From positions 7,473-71,472 of the forward strand of contig CATBDC010000012.1 of the NCBI GenBank assembly GCA_949502235.1: a stretch of DNA of 64,000 nucleotides. The letters run 5' to 3'. The translations under genes and the position numbers were made by a program. Source of the stretch: an uncultured Lachnospiraceae bacterium (GTDB lineage: Bacteria; Bacillota; Clostridia; Lachnospirales; Lachnospiraceae). Shown here piece after piece: positions 30,786 to 39,242 of this stretch. The notes beneath the pieces were generated by a model, which ran no database searches, was not told where the DNA came from, and worked only from the letters and a program-made list of their open reading frames with translations. Numbering within the stretch: the first letter of the stretch is position 1; each line of letters opens with the position of its first letter.

Positions 30786-32192
30786 ATGAAGTGCAGGTAT
30801 TGCGGGAAAGAAATACCGGAAGGGGAATTAATTTGCAGGAGCTGCGGAGAAGAGGTAATTATTGTCCCGGATTATAATCCGTTAGATGATATGCTTACTG
30901 CCCAGATTAAGGTTCATATAGACGGGGAAGAGACTCCTGATTATGATCAGGAGGAGCCTTCCGGCAGAAGAACAGAAGGGGCCAGGCGCGGCACAGGAAG
31001 AAATACTGGAGCCGGGAGCACCGGCAGAAATACGGGAAGAAGCACCGGGGCCAGAGGGAATACCGGCAGAAATACGGGAAGAACTGGTGGAACCAGAGGG
31101 AATACGGGAAGAACCGGCGGAACCAGAGGAAATACGGGAAGAACTGGCGGAACCAGAGGAAATATAGGAAGAACTGCCAGAACCAGAGGGTATACCGGGA
31201 GAAACGTGCCGGATGACGCAGAGCTTGAAAGGGAGCGGCGGCGCCGTCAGGCGGAGCGCAAAAAGGAGATGCTCCGCAAAAAGCGCCGGAGAGTTCTGAT
31301 TGTGCTTGTAATTCTTGCTGCCGCTTTGATTGCTCTCTGCGTGGTGTTTTACCGGAATTCTTACAACGGAATTGTAAATCAGGGCTATGATGCTCTGAAA
31401 AATAAGGAATATGGAAGGGCGGAGGAGCTTTTTTCCAAGGCGGCATTAAAAAATGAAAAAAAGACGGAGGCTTATATCGGATTATCCAAGGTGTACCTGA
31501 ATCAGGACAAGGCAGATGAAGCGGAGGAGCTTTTCGCCTCTGTTATTGAAAAGCAGCCGAAGAATGCAGGAATCTATGAAGCCTTTATAGAATTCTATAT
31601 AGAGGCAGGCCGCCAGATGTCGATCCCGCTGCTTCTTGATGAGGCGCCGGACAGTGTCAGAAGCAAGCTTGAGGATTATATTATAGAGGAGCCTGAATAT
31701 AACTTAGACGACAGCGTGGTATATGATGACGTCCAGCAGCTGGAGATATCGTCCGGTGAAGATACCACGGTATATTATACGGCAGACGGGACGGAGCCTT
31801 CCCTGTCATCCATGAAATACACTGGTCCCATACAGCTTTCAGAGGGCGAAAATGTAATCAGGGCGGTAGCAGTTGATGAAAGAGGGATTCCGAGCCTTAG
31901 TGTGGAGAAAACCTATGTGGTAGAATTTCCTATTGAGGATGCCCCGGCAGTGGCACCGTCCACAGGACAGTATGAGAGCGCCCAGAAGATTGAGATCAAG
32001 GTGCCGGATGGATATGAGGCTTATTACACGACAAACGGGGAAGAACCCACAACTGCCTCCACAAAGTATACCGGACCGATTGACATGCCGGAGGGAGAAA
32101 CTCTGTTTAAGGCTGTTCTTGTAAGCAGCGGCGGACGGGTAAGCGGGGTTACCACCAGAAATTATATGCTGGAAACAGAGACAGAAGAATAG
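30786..32192 (+). CDS. Zinc-ribbon / single-pass membrane / TPR / tandem chitobiase-C-like (Fn3-associated) domain protein
   Basis: N-terminal CRYCG...CRSCG zinc ribbon, a Gly/Arg/Thr/Asn repeat region, a TM helix (VLIVLVILAAALIALCVVF), TPR-like helices, and two YYT.(D/N)G.EP...S.KYTGPI modules. Confidence 0.6.
   Translation: MKCRYCGKEIPEGELICRSCGEEVIIVPDYNPLDDMLTAQIKVHIDGEETPDYDQEEPSGRRTEGARRGTGRNTGAGSTGRNTGRSTGARGNTGRNTGRTGGTRGNTGRTGGTRGNTGRTGGTRGNIGRTARTRGYTGRNVPDDAELERERRRRQAERKKEMLRKKRRRVLIVLVILAAALIALCVVFYRNSYNGIVNQGYDALKNKEYGRAEELFSKAALKNEKKTEAYIGLSKVYLNQDKADEAEELFASVIEKQPKNAGIYEAFIEFYIEAGRQMSIPLLLDEAPDSVRSKLEDYIIEEPEYNLDDSVVYDDVQQLEISSGEDTTVYYTADGTEPSLSSMKYTGPIQLSEGENVIRAVAVDERGIPSLSVEKTYVVEFPIEDAPAVAPSTGQYESAQKIEIKVPDGYEAYYTTNGEEPTTASTKYTGPIDMPEGETLFKAVLVSSGGRVSGVTTRNYMLETETEE
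31077..31196 (+). repeat. 4 x 30-nt in-frame tandem repeat (GGAAGAACYGGYGGAACCAGAGGRAATACG) encoding GRTGGTRGNT units
   Basis: Read directly from the sequence. More degenerate related units extend upstream to about 30985. Confidence 0.9.
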
Positions 32193-32203
32193 TATGATTT
32201 ATG

Positions 32204-32253
32204 AAGAGAAGGAGCTGACATGCAAAAGCCTGCGTGAACTCCTTCTCTTTTTA
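32204..32253 (+). terminator. Intrinsic terminator
   Basis: AAGAGAAGGAG pairs with CTCCTTCTCTT (11 bp) and is followed by a T-run. Confidence 0.7.
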
Positions 32254-32273
32254 TACAATAATAACAATTATGG

Positions 32274-32301
32274 TTGACAAAAAGTTTATTAGTAGTATAA
32301 T
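32274..32301 (+). promoter_or_regulatory. Sigma-A type promoter of the regulator/pot operon
   Basis: TTGACA (32274-32279), a 16-nt spacer, then TATAAT (32296-32301). Confidence 0.6.
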
Positions 32302-32380
32302 TAATCTGAAACAAAAGTTTAGTAAAAAATTATTTTTAGTTTAGATTTACCGTGAGTGAGGATGAAGGGACAGATATTTT

Positions 32381-32938
32381 ATGGAGCTGGAATATGTGAA
32401 TGAACACATAGGGAACAAGATTAAGGATTTAAGAAACCGAAACGGCCTGACACAGCAGGAGCTGGCGGACAGGACAGAGCTTACCAAGGGGTTTATCTCA
32501 CAGCTTGAGAGAGGACAGGTATCTCCCTCTATTGTGACACTTCTTGACTTGATTGAATGTCTGGGGACAACTGCTTCGGAGTTTTTCAAGGAAACGGAGG
32601 AAGAGCGTGTTGTTTTTTCAGAGGAGGGCTTTTTTGAGAAGGTGGATGATGCCGGGAACAGTATCCAGTGGATTGTCCCGGCGGCCCAGAAGTACAAGAT
32701 GGAACCGCTGTTAGTGGTAATAGAGCCCCATGAGTCTCTGGCAGAGGATAAGCCTCATGACGGGGAGGAATTCGGGTATCTGATATCGGGGAAGCTTAAG
32801 CTTCATCTTGGGGACAAGGTATATTCTGTGAAGGCCGGGGAGAGCTTTTATTATCCGGCAAAATACAGGCACCGTATTGAAAATCCGGGCAAAAGGCCGG
32901 CCAAATTTATCTGGGTCAGTACGCCGCCTACATTTTAG
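32381..32938 (+). CDS. XRE-family HTH + cupin domain transcriptional regulator (PuuR-like architecture)
   Basis: N-terminal HTH (IKDLRNRNGLTQQELADRTELTKGFISQLERG) and a C-terminal cupin (GEEFGYLISGKL...YYPAKYRHRIEN). Confidence 0.85.
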   Translation: MELEYVNEHIGNKIKDLRNRNGLTQQELADRTELTKGFISQLERGQVSPSIVTLLDLIECLGTTASEFFKETEEERVVFSEEGFFEKVDDAGNSIQWIVPAAQKYKMEPLLVVIEPHESLAEDKPHDGEEFGYLISGKLKLHLGDKVYSVKAGESFYYPAKYRHRIENPGKRPAKFIWVSTPPTF

Positions 32939-32961
32939 TAAGCAGTTAAGTGGGGAAAAAT

Positions 32962-34398
32962 ATGGAACATATGACAAATATTATTGAATTAAAGCATATT
33001 ACAAAAACCTATGAGGACGGTTTCTCGGCAGTTTCGGACTTTAATCTTGAGGTGAAGAAGGGAGAATTTGTCACATTTCTGGGGCCTTCGGGCTGCGGCA
33101 AAACGACGACTCTTAGGATGATTGCCGGATTCGACCTTCCTACGGAAGGAGAGATTCTTTTAAACGGAAAGCCGATTACAGAGCTTCCGCCTAATAAGAG
33201 GCCCATTAATACAGTATTTCAGAGGTATGCACTGTTTCCGCATATGAATATTTATGAAAATATCGCTTTTGGCCTAAGACAGAAAAGAACACCGGAAAAT
33301 GTCATTGTAAAAAAAGTAAAAAAGGTGCTTGAGCTTGTTGACCTTGAGGGGTTTGAAAAGCGGAGTATTGACACTCTTTCAGGAGGACAGCAGCAAAGAG
33401 TCGCGATTGCGAGGGCCGTTGTAAACGAACCACAGATCCTTCTTCTTGACGAGCCTTTGGGAGCGCTGGATCTTAAGATGAGAAAAGAGATGCAGCTTGA
33501 ACTAAAGGAGATGCATAAAGAGCTCGGGATTACATTTATTTATGTAACCCATGACCAGGAGGAGGCTCTTACTATGTCTGACAAGATTGTGGTCATGGCA
33601 GAAGGGAAGATGCAGCAGATCGGCACGCCGGAGGATATTTATAATGAGCCGGCCAATGCGTTTGTGGCGGATTTTATCGGGGACAGCAATATATTTAACG
33701 GGATTATGACAGGAAAGCTTAAGGCCCGTTTCTGCGGCGGGGAGTTTGCCTGTGTGGATGATGTGGAGGAAGGAACCCATATTACGGCAGTTGTACGTCC
33801 GGAGGATGTGATTTTATCTGCGCCGGATAAGGGCCGGATAAGAGGGATTGTGTCTTCTGTTATCTTCAAGGGCATGCATTATGAAATTACTGTGGAATCC
33901 GGGAAAAATGAGATTGTGGCGCAGTCTGTACATTCTGCGGCCGTGGGGCAGCATGTAGGCGTGCATGTGGATCCGGACAATATACACATTATGATTGCGG
34001 AGGATCACACGAATATATTTGCGGCAGAGATTAATAAAAACAATGAGCTGGAGTATAACGGGACAGTGCTTGATATTCCCCTGACCAGTATTATAAAGGG
34101 GAGCAGGGAGGAAGATGGGAGCCTTTTTGACGCTGCCGGCTCTGAGATTGATCGAAAGAAAATAAGAATCAAGATCTCCATCAGGCCCCAGGATATCGAG
34201 CTGACGGATGACCAGGAGGAAGGTCTTGTGCAGGGGTACATCAGTAATCTTATCTATAAGGGGGATCACTACAGCTATGTGATCCATACGGATCTGGAGC
34301 AGGATTTTGTCGTGGATGACGAGTATCTCTGGAACATGGACGATCAGGTGGGACTTTTGATGCCTGTGGAGAAAATGGTTTTTACGGTAAAGAAATAG
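32962..34398 (+). CDS. potA: Spermidine/putrescine ABC transporter ATP-binding protein, with an extended C-terminus
   Basis: GPSGCGKTT, LSGGQQQRVAIARA and LLLDEPLGALD motifs. About 100 aa longer than a typical PotA, with a second TOBE-like segment. Confidence 0.85.
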   Translation: MEHMTNIIELKHITKTYEDGFSAVSDFNLEVKKGEFVTFLGPSGCGKTTTLRMIAGFDLPTEGEILLNGKPITELPPNKRPINTVFQRYALFPHMNIYENIAFGLRQKRTPENVIVKKVKKVLELVDLEGFEKRSIDTLSGGQQQRVAIARAVVNEPQILLLDEPLGALDLKMRKEMQLELKEMHKELGITFIYVTHDQEEALTMSDKIVVMAEGKMQQIGTPEDIYNEPANAFVADFIGDSNIFNGIMTGKLKARFCGGEFACVDDVEEGTHITAVVRPEDVILSAPDKGRIRGIVSSVIFKGMHYEITVESGKNEIVAQSVHSAAVGQHVGVHVDPDNIHIMIAEDHTNIFAAEINKNNELEYNGTVLDIPLTSIIKGSREEDGSLFDAAGSEIDRKKIRIKISIRPQDIELTDDQEEGLVQGYISNLIYKGDHYSYVIHTDLEQDFVVDDEYLWNMDDQVGLLMPVEKMVFTVKK

Positions 34399-34408
34399 GA
34401 GGAAGCTG

Positions 34409-35203
34409 ATGCATAGATATATGTTTTCCAGAAAGAGTCTGGGGATTCCATATGCGCTTTTTCTGGTGCTTTTTGTTATGGCTCCGCTGCTTGTGCTGGT
34501 CTACTTTGCTTTTACTAACGGACAGGGAGAATTTACACTTCAAAACCTGACAGGGTTTTTCACAGATCCCAATACATTAGGGACGCTGTGCTACAGCTTC
34601 GGTATCGCTGCTGTAACAACAGGGGTGTGCCTGCTTTTGGCGTATCCTGCGGCCTATATTCTGGCTACGAGCAGGCTTAAGGCAAAATCCGTGATTGTGC
34701 TGCTCTTTATTATGCCTATGTGGATTAATTTTTCTCTCCGGATTACAGCCTTAAAGGAAATTCTTACATGGCTTGAGGGGAGCCTTGCCTATCATCCCTT
34801 CCTTAATACAGTGCTGGGCATGAGCTATGATTTTCTTCCTTTTATGATCCTGCCCATTTATACAACAATCTCCAAGCTTGACGGGGCTCTTTTAGAGGCG
34901 GCAAGAGATCTGGGGGCAGGAGAGCTTCAGGCGTTTCTGAAGGTGACGCTGCCCTTATCCCTGCCTGGGATTTTAAGCGGCGTATCCATGGTGTTTCTGC
35001 CGGCAATGACGAACTATGTGGTACTGGATATGCTCTACAACAGCACCTATATTATGGGAAGTCTGATAGGCAGCTACTTTGCGGCATACAACTGGCACGG
35101 AGGCTCTATGATTGCGTTACTTCTCCTTGGGATCGTGTGTCTGTTTACGTTTATGACAAGGGGGATTGAGGAGGAAAATACGAGAGGAGGGGCACTTTTA
35201 TGA
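34409..35203 (+). CDS. potB: Spermidine/putrescine ABC transporter permease
   Basis: Six-TM binding-protein-dependent permease with an EAA loop (LLEAARDLGAGELQAF). Confidence 0.85.
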   Translation: MHRYMFSRKSLGIPYALFLVLFVMAPLLVLVYFAFTNGQGEFTLQNLTGFFTDPNTLGTLCYSFGIAAVTTGVCLLLAYPAAYILATSRLKAKSVIVLLFIMPMWINFSLRITALKEILTWLEGSLAYHPFLNTVLGMSYDFLPFMILPIYTTISKLDGALLEAARDLGAGELQAFLKVTLPLSLPGILSGVSMVFLPAMTNYVVLDMLYNSTYIMGSLIGSYFAAYNWHGGSMIALLLLGIVCLFTFMTRGIEEENTRGGALL

Positions 35204-36003
35204 TAAGAAAAACCTGGAAAAGTATTGTGATTATCCTTGTCCTTTGCTTCTTGTATCTCCCGATTCTTGTACTGGCGGTATACAGCTTCACCGATGCGGC
35301 AAATATCGGCGCGATCCGGGGATTTTCCCTGCATAATTATGTGACGCTGTTTACAACGCCGGAGCTTGTCCGTATGATCGCAGGAACGGTAGTACTGGCA
35401 TTTGCGGCGGCCTTTTTTGCAACTGTCCTGGGGACACTCGGCGCTATCGGCGCGTTTTATTCAAAAAAGGGAATGGCTTCTGCAATCAATACCATGAATC
35501 AGGTGCCGGTAGTAAATGCGGACGTTGTAACAGGCTTTTCCATCTGTATTCTGCTGGTGGTTGTATCCGGCATTAGCAAGGATAGCTTTATCCCGTTGAT
35601 TGTGGGCCATGTGACCCTGTGTGCGCCTTTTGTGTTTTTATCGGTGATTCCAAAATTAAAGCAGATGGATTCCAGTATCTACGAGGCGGCCTTAGACCTT
35701 GGCGCGACACCCTTTACAGCTCTGGTTAAGATTGTGATTCCCCAGATCTTTCCCGGGATTGTGTCAGGCTTTGCCCTGGCGGTTACGCTGTCCCTGGATG
35801 ATTATTTTGTGGCTACTTATACGAAACCGGCCACCTTTGATACTATCAGTACTTATGTCGTAAATGCTACAAAGGGGGCGCAGACAACGATCAAAACAGC
35901 CCTGTGGGCCCTTTCAACAGTTATTTTTCTTGTAGTGGTTTTATTTGCGGTGGTTATGAATGTGCGGGCCGGCAGGGACGGCCGGGAAAGGAGCGGCGTG
36001 TGA
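35200..36003 (+). CDS. potC: Spermidine/putrescine ABC transporter permease
   Basis: EAA loop (IYEAALDLGATPFTAL). 4-nt overlap with potB. Confidence 0.85.
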   Translation: MIRKTWKSIVIILVLCFLYLPILVLAVYSFTDAANIGAIRGFSLHNYVTLFTTPELVRMIAGTVVLAFAAAFFATVLGTLGAIGAFYSKKGMASAINTMNQVPVVNADVVTGFSICILLVVVSGISKDSFIPLIVGHVTLCAPFVFLSVIPKLKQMDSSIYEAALDLGATPFTALVKIVIPQIFPGIVSGFALAVTLSLDDYFVATYTKPATFDTISTYVVNATKGAQTTIKTALWALSTVIFLVVVLFAVVMNVRAGRDGRERSGV

Positions 36004-36005
36004 CG

Positions 36006-37532
36006 ATGAGAAAAAATAAAGCAGGCAGATGCCAGGAAGTGCGCACGCTTCTTTTGGCCGTGTTTTCCTTTTTTCTTTTTTTGTCAGCTTCTTTTGCCGC
36101 GGAGGCGGCAGAGGGCACAGGGGGAGAAAAGGAAGTTACCTTACGGGTGTGCAGCTGGGAGGAATATATTGACCTGGGAGGCTGGGACGAGGAGGATACT
36201 ATAGATTTGGACAGCGGGGATATTATCGGGGAAAGGTCTATGGTGGAGGATTTTACGGACTGGTATTATGAGACCTACGGGATCCGCGTGAAGGTGGAAT
36301 ATTCTACCTTCGGAACCAATGAGGATCTTTATAATATGCTGACATTGGGGGATACCTATGATTTGGTGTGCCCTTCAGAGTACATGATCATGAAGCTTAT
36401 GACAGAGGGAAGGCTTGTTCCCCTGTCCAAAGATTTTTTTGATGAAACCGATAAAAATAATTATTATATAAAGGGAGTGTCCCCTTATATCCGGGCCGTT
36501 TTTGAGGATAATGAGATTGAAGGAAGACCCTGGAGTGATTATGCGGCAGGCTATATGTGGGGAATTACAGGAATTGTGTATAACCCGGAGCTTGTGAGCA
36601 GAGAGGATGCGTCCAGCTGGCGGATTCTTAATAATCCTGACTATTACAGGCAGATTACCATCAAGGATAATGTAAGGGATTCTTATTTTGCGGCGGTAGG
36701 CGCCATTAAATCAGATCTTCTGACCTCAGAGGAATTTTTAAAGGATCCGGATTATCAGAAGAATCTGGAAAGGGAGATGAACGATACGTCAGAGGAGACC
36801 ATTGCAAGAGTGCAGGCGTATCTCCAGGATGTGAAGAACAATGCCTATTCCTTTGAGACGGATTCCGGGAAGGCGGATATGGTTACCGGCAAGGTGGCCG
36901 CGAATTACCAGTGGTCCGGCGACTCTGTCTATACGATGGATCAGGCGGATGAGGACGGCTTAAAACTAGCCTTTGCCGTGCCAGAGGAAGCCACAAATAT
37001 TTATTTTGACGGATGGGTGATGTTAAAGGACGGAATAAACGGCAGCGCGGCAAAACAGCATGTGGCCGAGGCATTTATTAACTTTAACTCCAGGGCAGAT
37101 AATGCCATACGTAATATGTATTATATCGGGTATACATCTGTGATTTCCGGCGGAGAGGACAGGCGGATTTTTGAATATGCCGACTGGTGCTACGGGGCAG
37201 AGGAGGACGATGAGGATGTGATGGAGTATGATCTGGGATATTTCTTTTCGGATGAGGATGAGAACAAGGGGGAATATGTGATTACCGCACCCTCTGACCA
37301 GGCGGATCGTCAGCTCTTTTCGCAGTACCCTTCAGAAGAGGTGATTTCCCGGTCCTCCCTTATGGACTGCTTTGACGAGAACCAGATGCAGGCCATTAAT
37401 CAGATGTGGATTAATGTGAGGTGCTATAATATTTATGATATACCGGTCTGGGTATGGATAATTGTGGGAGCTGTGACTGGAATCCTGCTTGCGGCAGGAG
37501 GGAAAAGGCTGTGGGGAAAATATAAAGGCTGA
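36006..37532 (+). CDS. potD: Polyamine-type extracellular solute-binding protein with an N-terminal signal peptide and a C-terminal TM anchor
   Basis: PotD/PotF-like core (CPSEYMIMKL, YMWGITGIVYN). Starts at ATG 36006, just after the potC stop. The C-terminal hydrophobic helix is IPVWVWIIVGAVTGILLAAGG followed by KRLWGKYKG. Confidence 0.75.
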   Translation: MRKNKAGRCQEVRTLLLAVFSFFLFLSASFAAEAAEGTGGEKEVTLRVCSWEEYIDLGGWDEEDTIDLDSGDIIGERSMVEDFTDWYYETYGIRVKVEYSTFGTNEDLYNMLTLGDTYDLVCPSEYMIMKLMTEGRLVPLSKDFFDETDKNNYYIKGVSPYIRAVFEDNEIEGRPWSDYAAGYMWGITGIVYNPELVSREDASSWRILNNPDYYRQITIKDNVRDSYFAAVGAIKSDLLTSEEFLKDPDYQKNLEREMNDTSEETIARVQAYLQDVKNNAYSFETDSGKADMVTGKVAANYQWSGDSVYTMDQADEDGLKLAFAVPEEATNIYFDGWVMLKDGINGSAAKQHVAEAFINFNSRADNAIRNMYYIGYTSVISGGEDRRIFEYADWCYGAEEDDEDVMEYDLGYFFSDEDENKGEYVITAPSDQADRQLFSQYPSEEVISRSSLMDCFDENQMQAINQMWINVRCYNIYDIPVWVWIIVGAVTGILLAAGGKRLWGKYKG

Positions 37533-37554
37533 AACAGGATAAAATGTAATAAAA

Positions 37555-37601
37555 AGAGGAGCAGACAGTGCATGTATGTAAATTGTCTGCTCCTCTTTTT
37601 A
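37555..37601 (+). terminator. Intrinsic terminator of the pot operon
   Basis: AGAGGAGCAGACA pairs with TGTCTGCTCCTCT (13 bp) and is followed by TTTTT. Confidence 0.85.
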
Positions 37602-37615
37602 TATGCGGATAACAG

Positions 37616-37748
37616 GTTACTGTTCACTCCGTTCACAGTAACCTTCGCAAATCCATTTCAAATTCGCTTCGCGAATGGGATTTGCTCACACCTGAATCAC
37701 TTTCTTACGTACTTTGCAGTAAATGCAAAGTACTGTGTGAACAATAAC
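37616..37748. mobile_element. 133-bp MITE-like element with terminal inverted repeats and flanking 8-bp direct repeats
   Basis: The left end GTTACTGTTCAC and the right end GTGAACAATAAC match at 11 of 12 positions as inverted repeats. GATAACAG is present at both 37608-37615 and 37749-37756. Internal perfect hairpin GTACTTTGCA/TGCAAAGTAC at 37709-37733. No ORF. Confidence 0.55.
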
Positions 37749-37787
37749 GATAACAGGATGGACTTTGGGAAATAATAAAAATTATGA

Positions 37788-37816
37788 TTGACAAATATAT
37801 GTGCAATATGTATACT
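37788..37816 (+). promoter_or_regulatory. Sigma-A type promoter of the GH172 sugar locus
   Basis: TTGACA (37788-37793), a 17-nt spacer, then TATACT (37811-37816). Confidence 0.65.
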
Positions 37817-37828
37817 ATGATTAAAGAA

Positions 37829-37848
37829 AAACGATTGCGCAAACGTTT
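37829..37848. promoter_or_regulatory. 20-bp imperfect palindrome, candidate LacI-family operator
   Basis: AAACGATTGCGCAAACGTTT is symmetric at 18 of 20 positions. Lies about 12 nt downstream of the -10 box and upstream of the first gene of the locus. Confidence 0.55.
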
Positions 37849-37879
37849 CGATAAAAATATGACGAAAATGGAGGAGAAA

Positions 37880-39238
37880 ATGGAGAAAAATCAAATGACA
37901 TTTTTAAAAGGACTTACTACATTATGTGACGCAAGAAGCTGTCGTGCGTCTAGCTGGGATCAGACCGGAAGGAATAAGGACTACTGGCTCATTGAGCCGG
38001 GACAGACAGTTACTCTGGCAGAGCTTGAGGGCCCGGGCTGTATCAATCATATCTGGATGACTTCATTCTGCAGAAAAATTATTGGGCCGAGCATACAGGA
38101 TCCGGTTCTTGGCTCCAGTGTTGCGCCGGTGACAGAGATGGAGAACGCCATTGGCGTAAATTGGGAAATTAATGACCCGGACTATTATAGAAAGGTTCTG
38201 ATTAAAATGACATGGGAGAATCAGGAAACGCCCAGTGTTCTTGTGCCCCTTGGAGACTTTTTCTGCATCGGACACTCTATGCCTGCAAGCTTTTCCTCCA
38301 TCCCCTTCCATGTATCTTCAAGGCCCCAGGAGGAATGTACCTTTGGAGGAACAGCTTCTATGAACTGCTATTTTCCGATGCCGTTTAACGAAAATGCGAG
38401 GATAGAAATCATAAATGAAAATGACAGGCAGCTTGGATTGTTTTTCCATATTGATTATGAGCTGTATCATGAGAGAAAAGAAAATCTCGCATACTTCCAC
38501 GCGGCTTGGCACAGGGAGAAGCCGTGCCGGGGCTGGGGCGCCGATCTGGCTGTAAACACGCCGGAGGTGAACAGTGTCGCAAATCTGACAGGAGAGGATA
38601 ATTATGTTTTTCTGGACGTAAAAGGGGAAGGGCATTACGTGGGATGCAATCTTTCCGTGACTCATTTTCAGGGCTCCTGGTGGGGAGAAGGGGACGACAT
38701 GATTTTCATTGACGGTGAAGAGCTGCCGAGTATCAATGGTACAGGAAGCGAGGACTACTTCAACCATGCCTGGGGGATGCAGAAGAACCAGTCCTTATAC
38801 AGCGGCACAATTATCCATGAGACAACGGTACAGGGGTATCAGGTGTCCTATCGGTTTCATATTACGGATCCCATCCATTTTAAGGAAAGCATTAAGGTGA
38901 CCATGGAGCACGGACACGCCAATCATCTGTCAGACGACTGGGCGTCCACGGCATACTGGTATCAGAAGCTTCCGTCAGAAGGGGTGGAGATAGCTCCTGC
39001 AGCAGAAAGAATCCCGCTGAAAAAGCTTCAGGAGGTTCCGGATGCAGGAGATGTGAAATTAAATGACGAGATGATGGCCGCAAAGGAGGCATCTAAGAAG
39101 CGTCATGAAAGCTTCCTTTCAGAAAAGATGCATCAGAACAGCATCAATGCGGCAAGGACTGCCGCGGCTTCAAAAGGGAATATTGAACTATCCAGAAAAG
39201 TGAAGGAGACATACGACAATAAGCTTAAGGAGGAATAG
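37880..39238 (+). CDS. DUF2961 / glycoside hydrolase family 172-like protein (paralog 1, with a C-terminal helical extension)
   Basis: GPGCINHIWMT and WWGEGDDMIFIDGE...PSINGTGSEDYF motifs are characteristic of DUF2961. I chose ATG 37880 because it is downstream of the promoter and operator and preceded by GGAGGAG. Confidence 0.75.
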   Translation: MEKNQMTFLKGLTTLCDARSCRASSWDQTGRNKDYWLIEPGQTVTLAELEGPGCINHIWMTSFCRKIIGPSIQDPVLGSSVAPVTEMENAIGVNWEINDPDYYRKVLIKMTWENQETPSVLVPLGDFFCIGHSMPASFSSIPFHVSSRPQEECTFGGTASMNCYFPMPFNENARIEIINENDRQLGLFFHIDYELYHERKENLAYFHAAWHREKPCRGWGADLAVNTPEVNSVANLTGEDNYVFLDVKGEGHYVGCNLSVTHFQGSWWGEGDDMIFIDGEELPSINGTGSEDYFNHAWGMQKNQSLYSGTIIHETTVQGYQVSYRFHITDPIHFKESIKVTMEHGHANHLSDDWASTAYWYQKLPSEGVEIAPAAERIPLKKLQEVPDAGDVKLNDEMMAAKEASKKRHESFLSEKMHQNSINAARTAAASKGNIELSRKVKETYDNKLKEE

Positions 39239-39242
39239 AAGT

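Noticed and set aside
30907-31446. 179-aa minus-strand ORF and a 74-aa alternative + frame ORF (30943-31167) in the repeat region
   Set aside because: Both are by-products of the 30-nt tandem repeat, which keeps several frames open. The frame that continues from the zinc ribbon into the TM helix and extracellular domains is the coherent one.
35904-36005. N-terminal extension of the potD ORF overlapping potC
   Set aside because: The extension lies inside potC in another frame. ATG 36006 follows the potC stop immediately and starts a normal signal peptide.
37784-37879. Upstream extension of the first GH172 ORF (track start 37784)
   Set aside because: The extension would include the TTGACA-17-TATACT promoter and the palindromic operator. 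ATG 37880 has a GGAGGAG Shine-Dalgarno.
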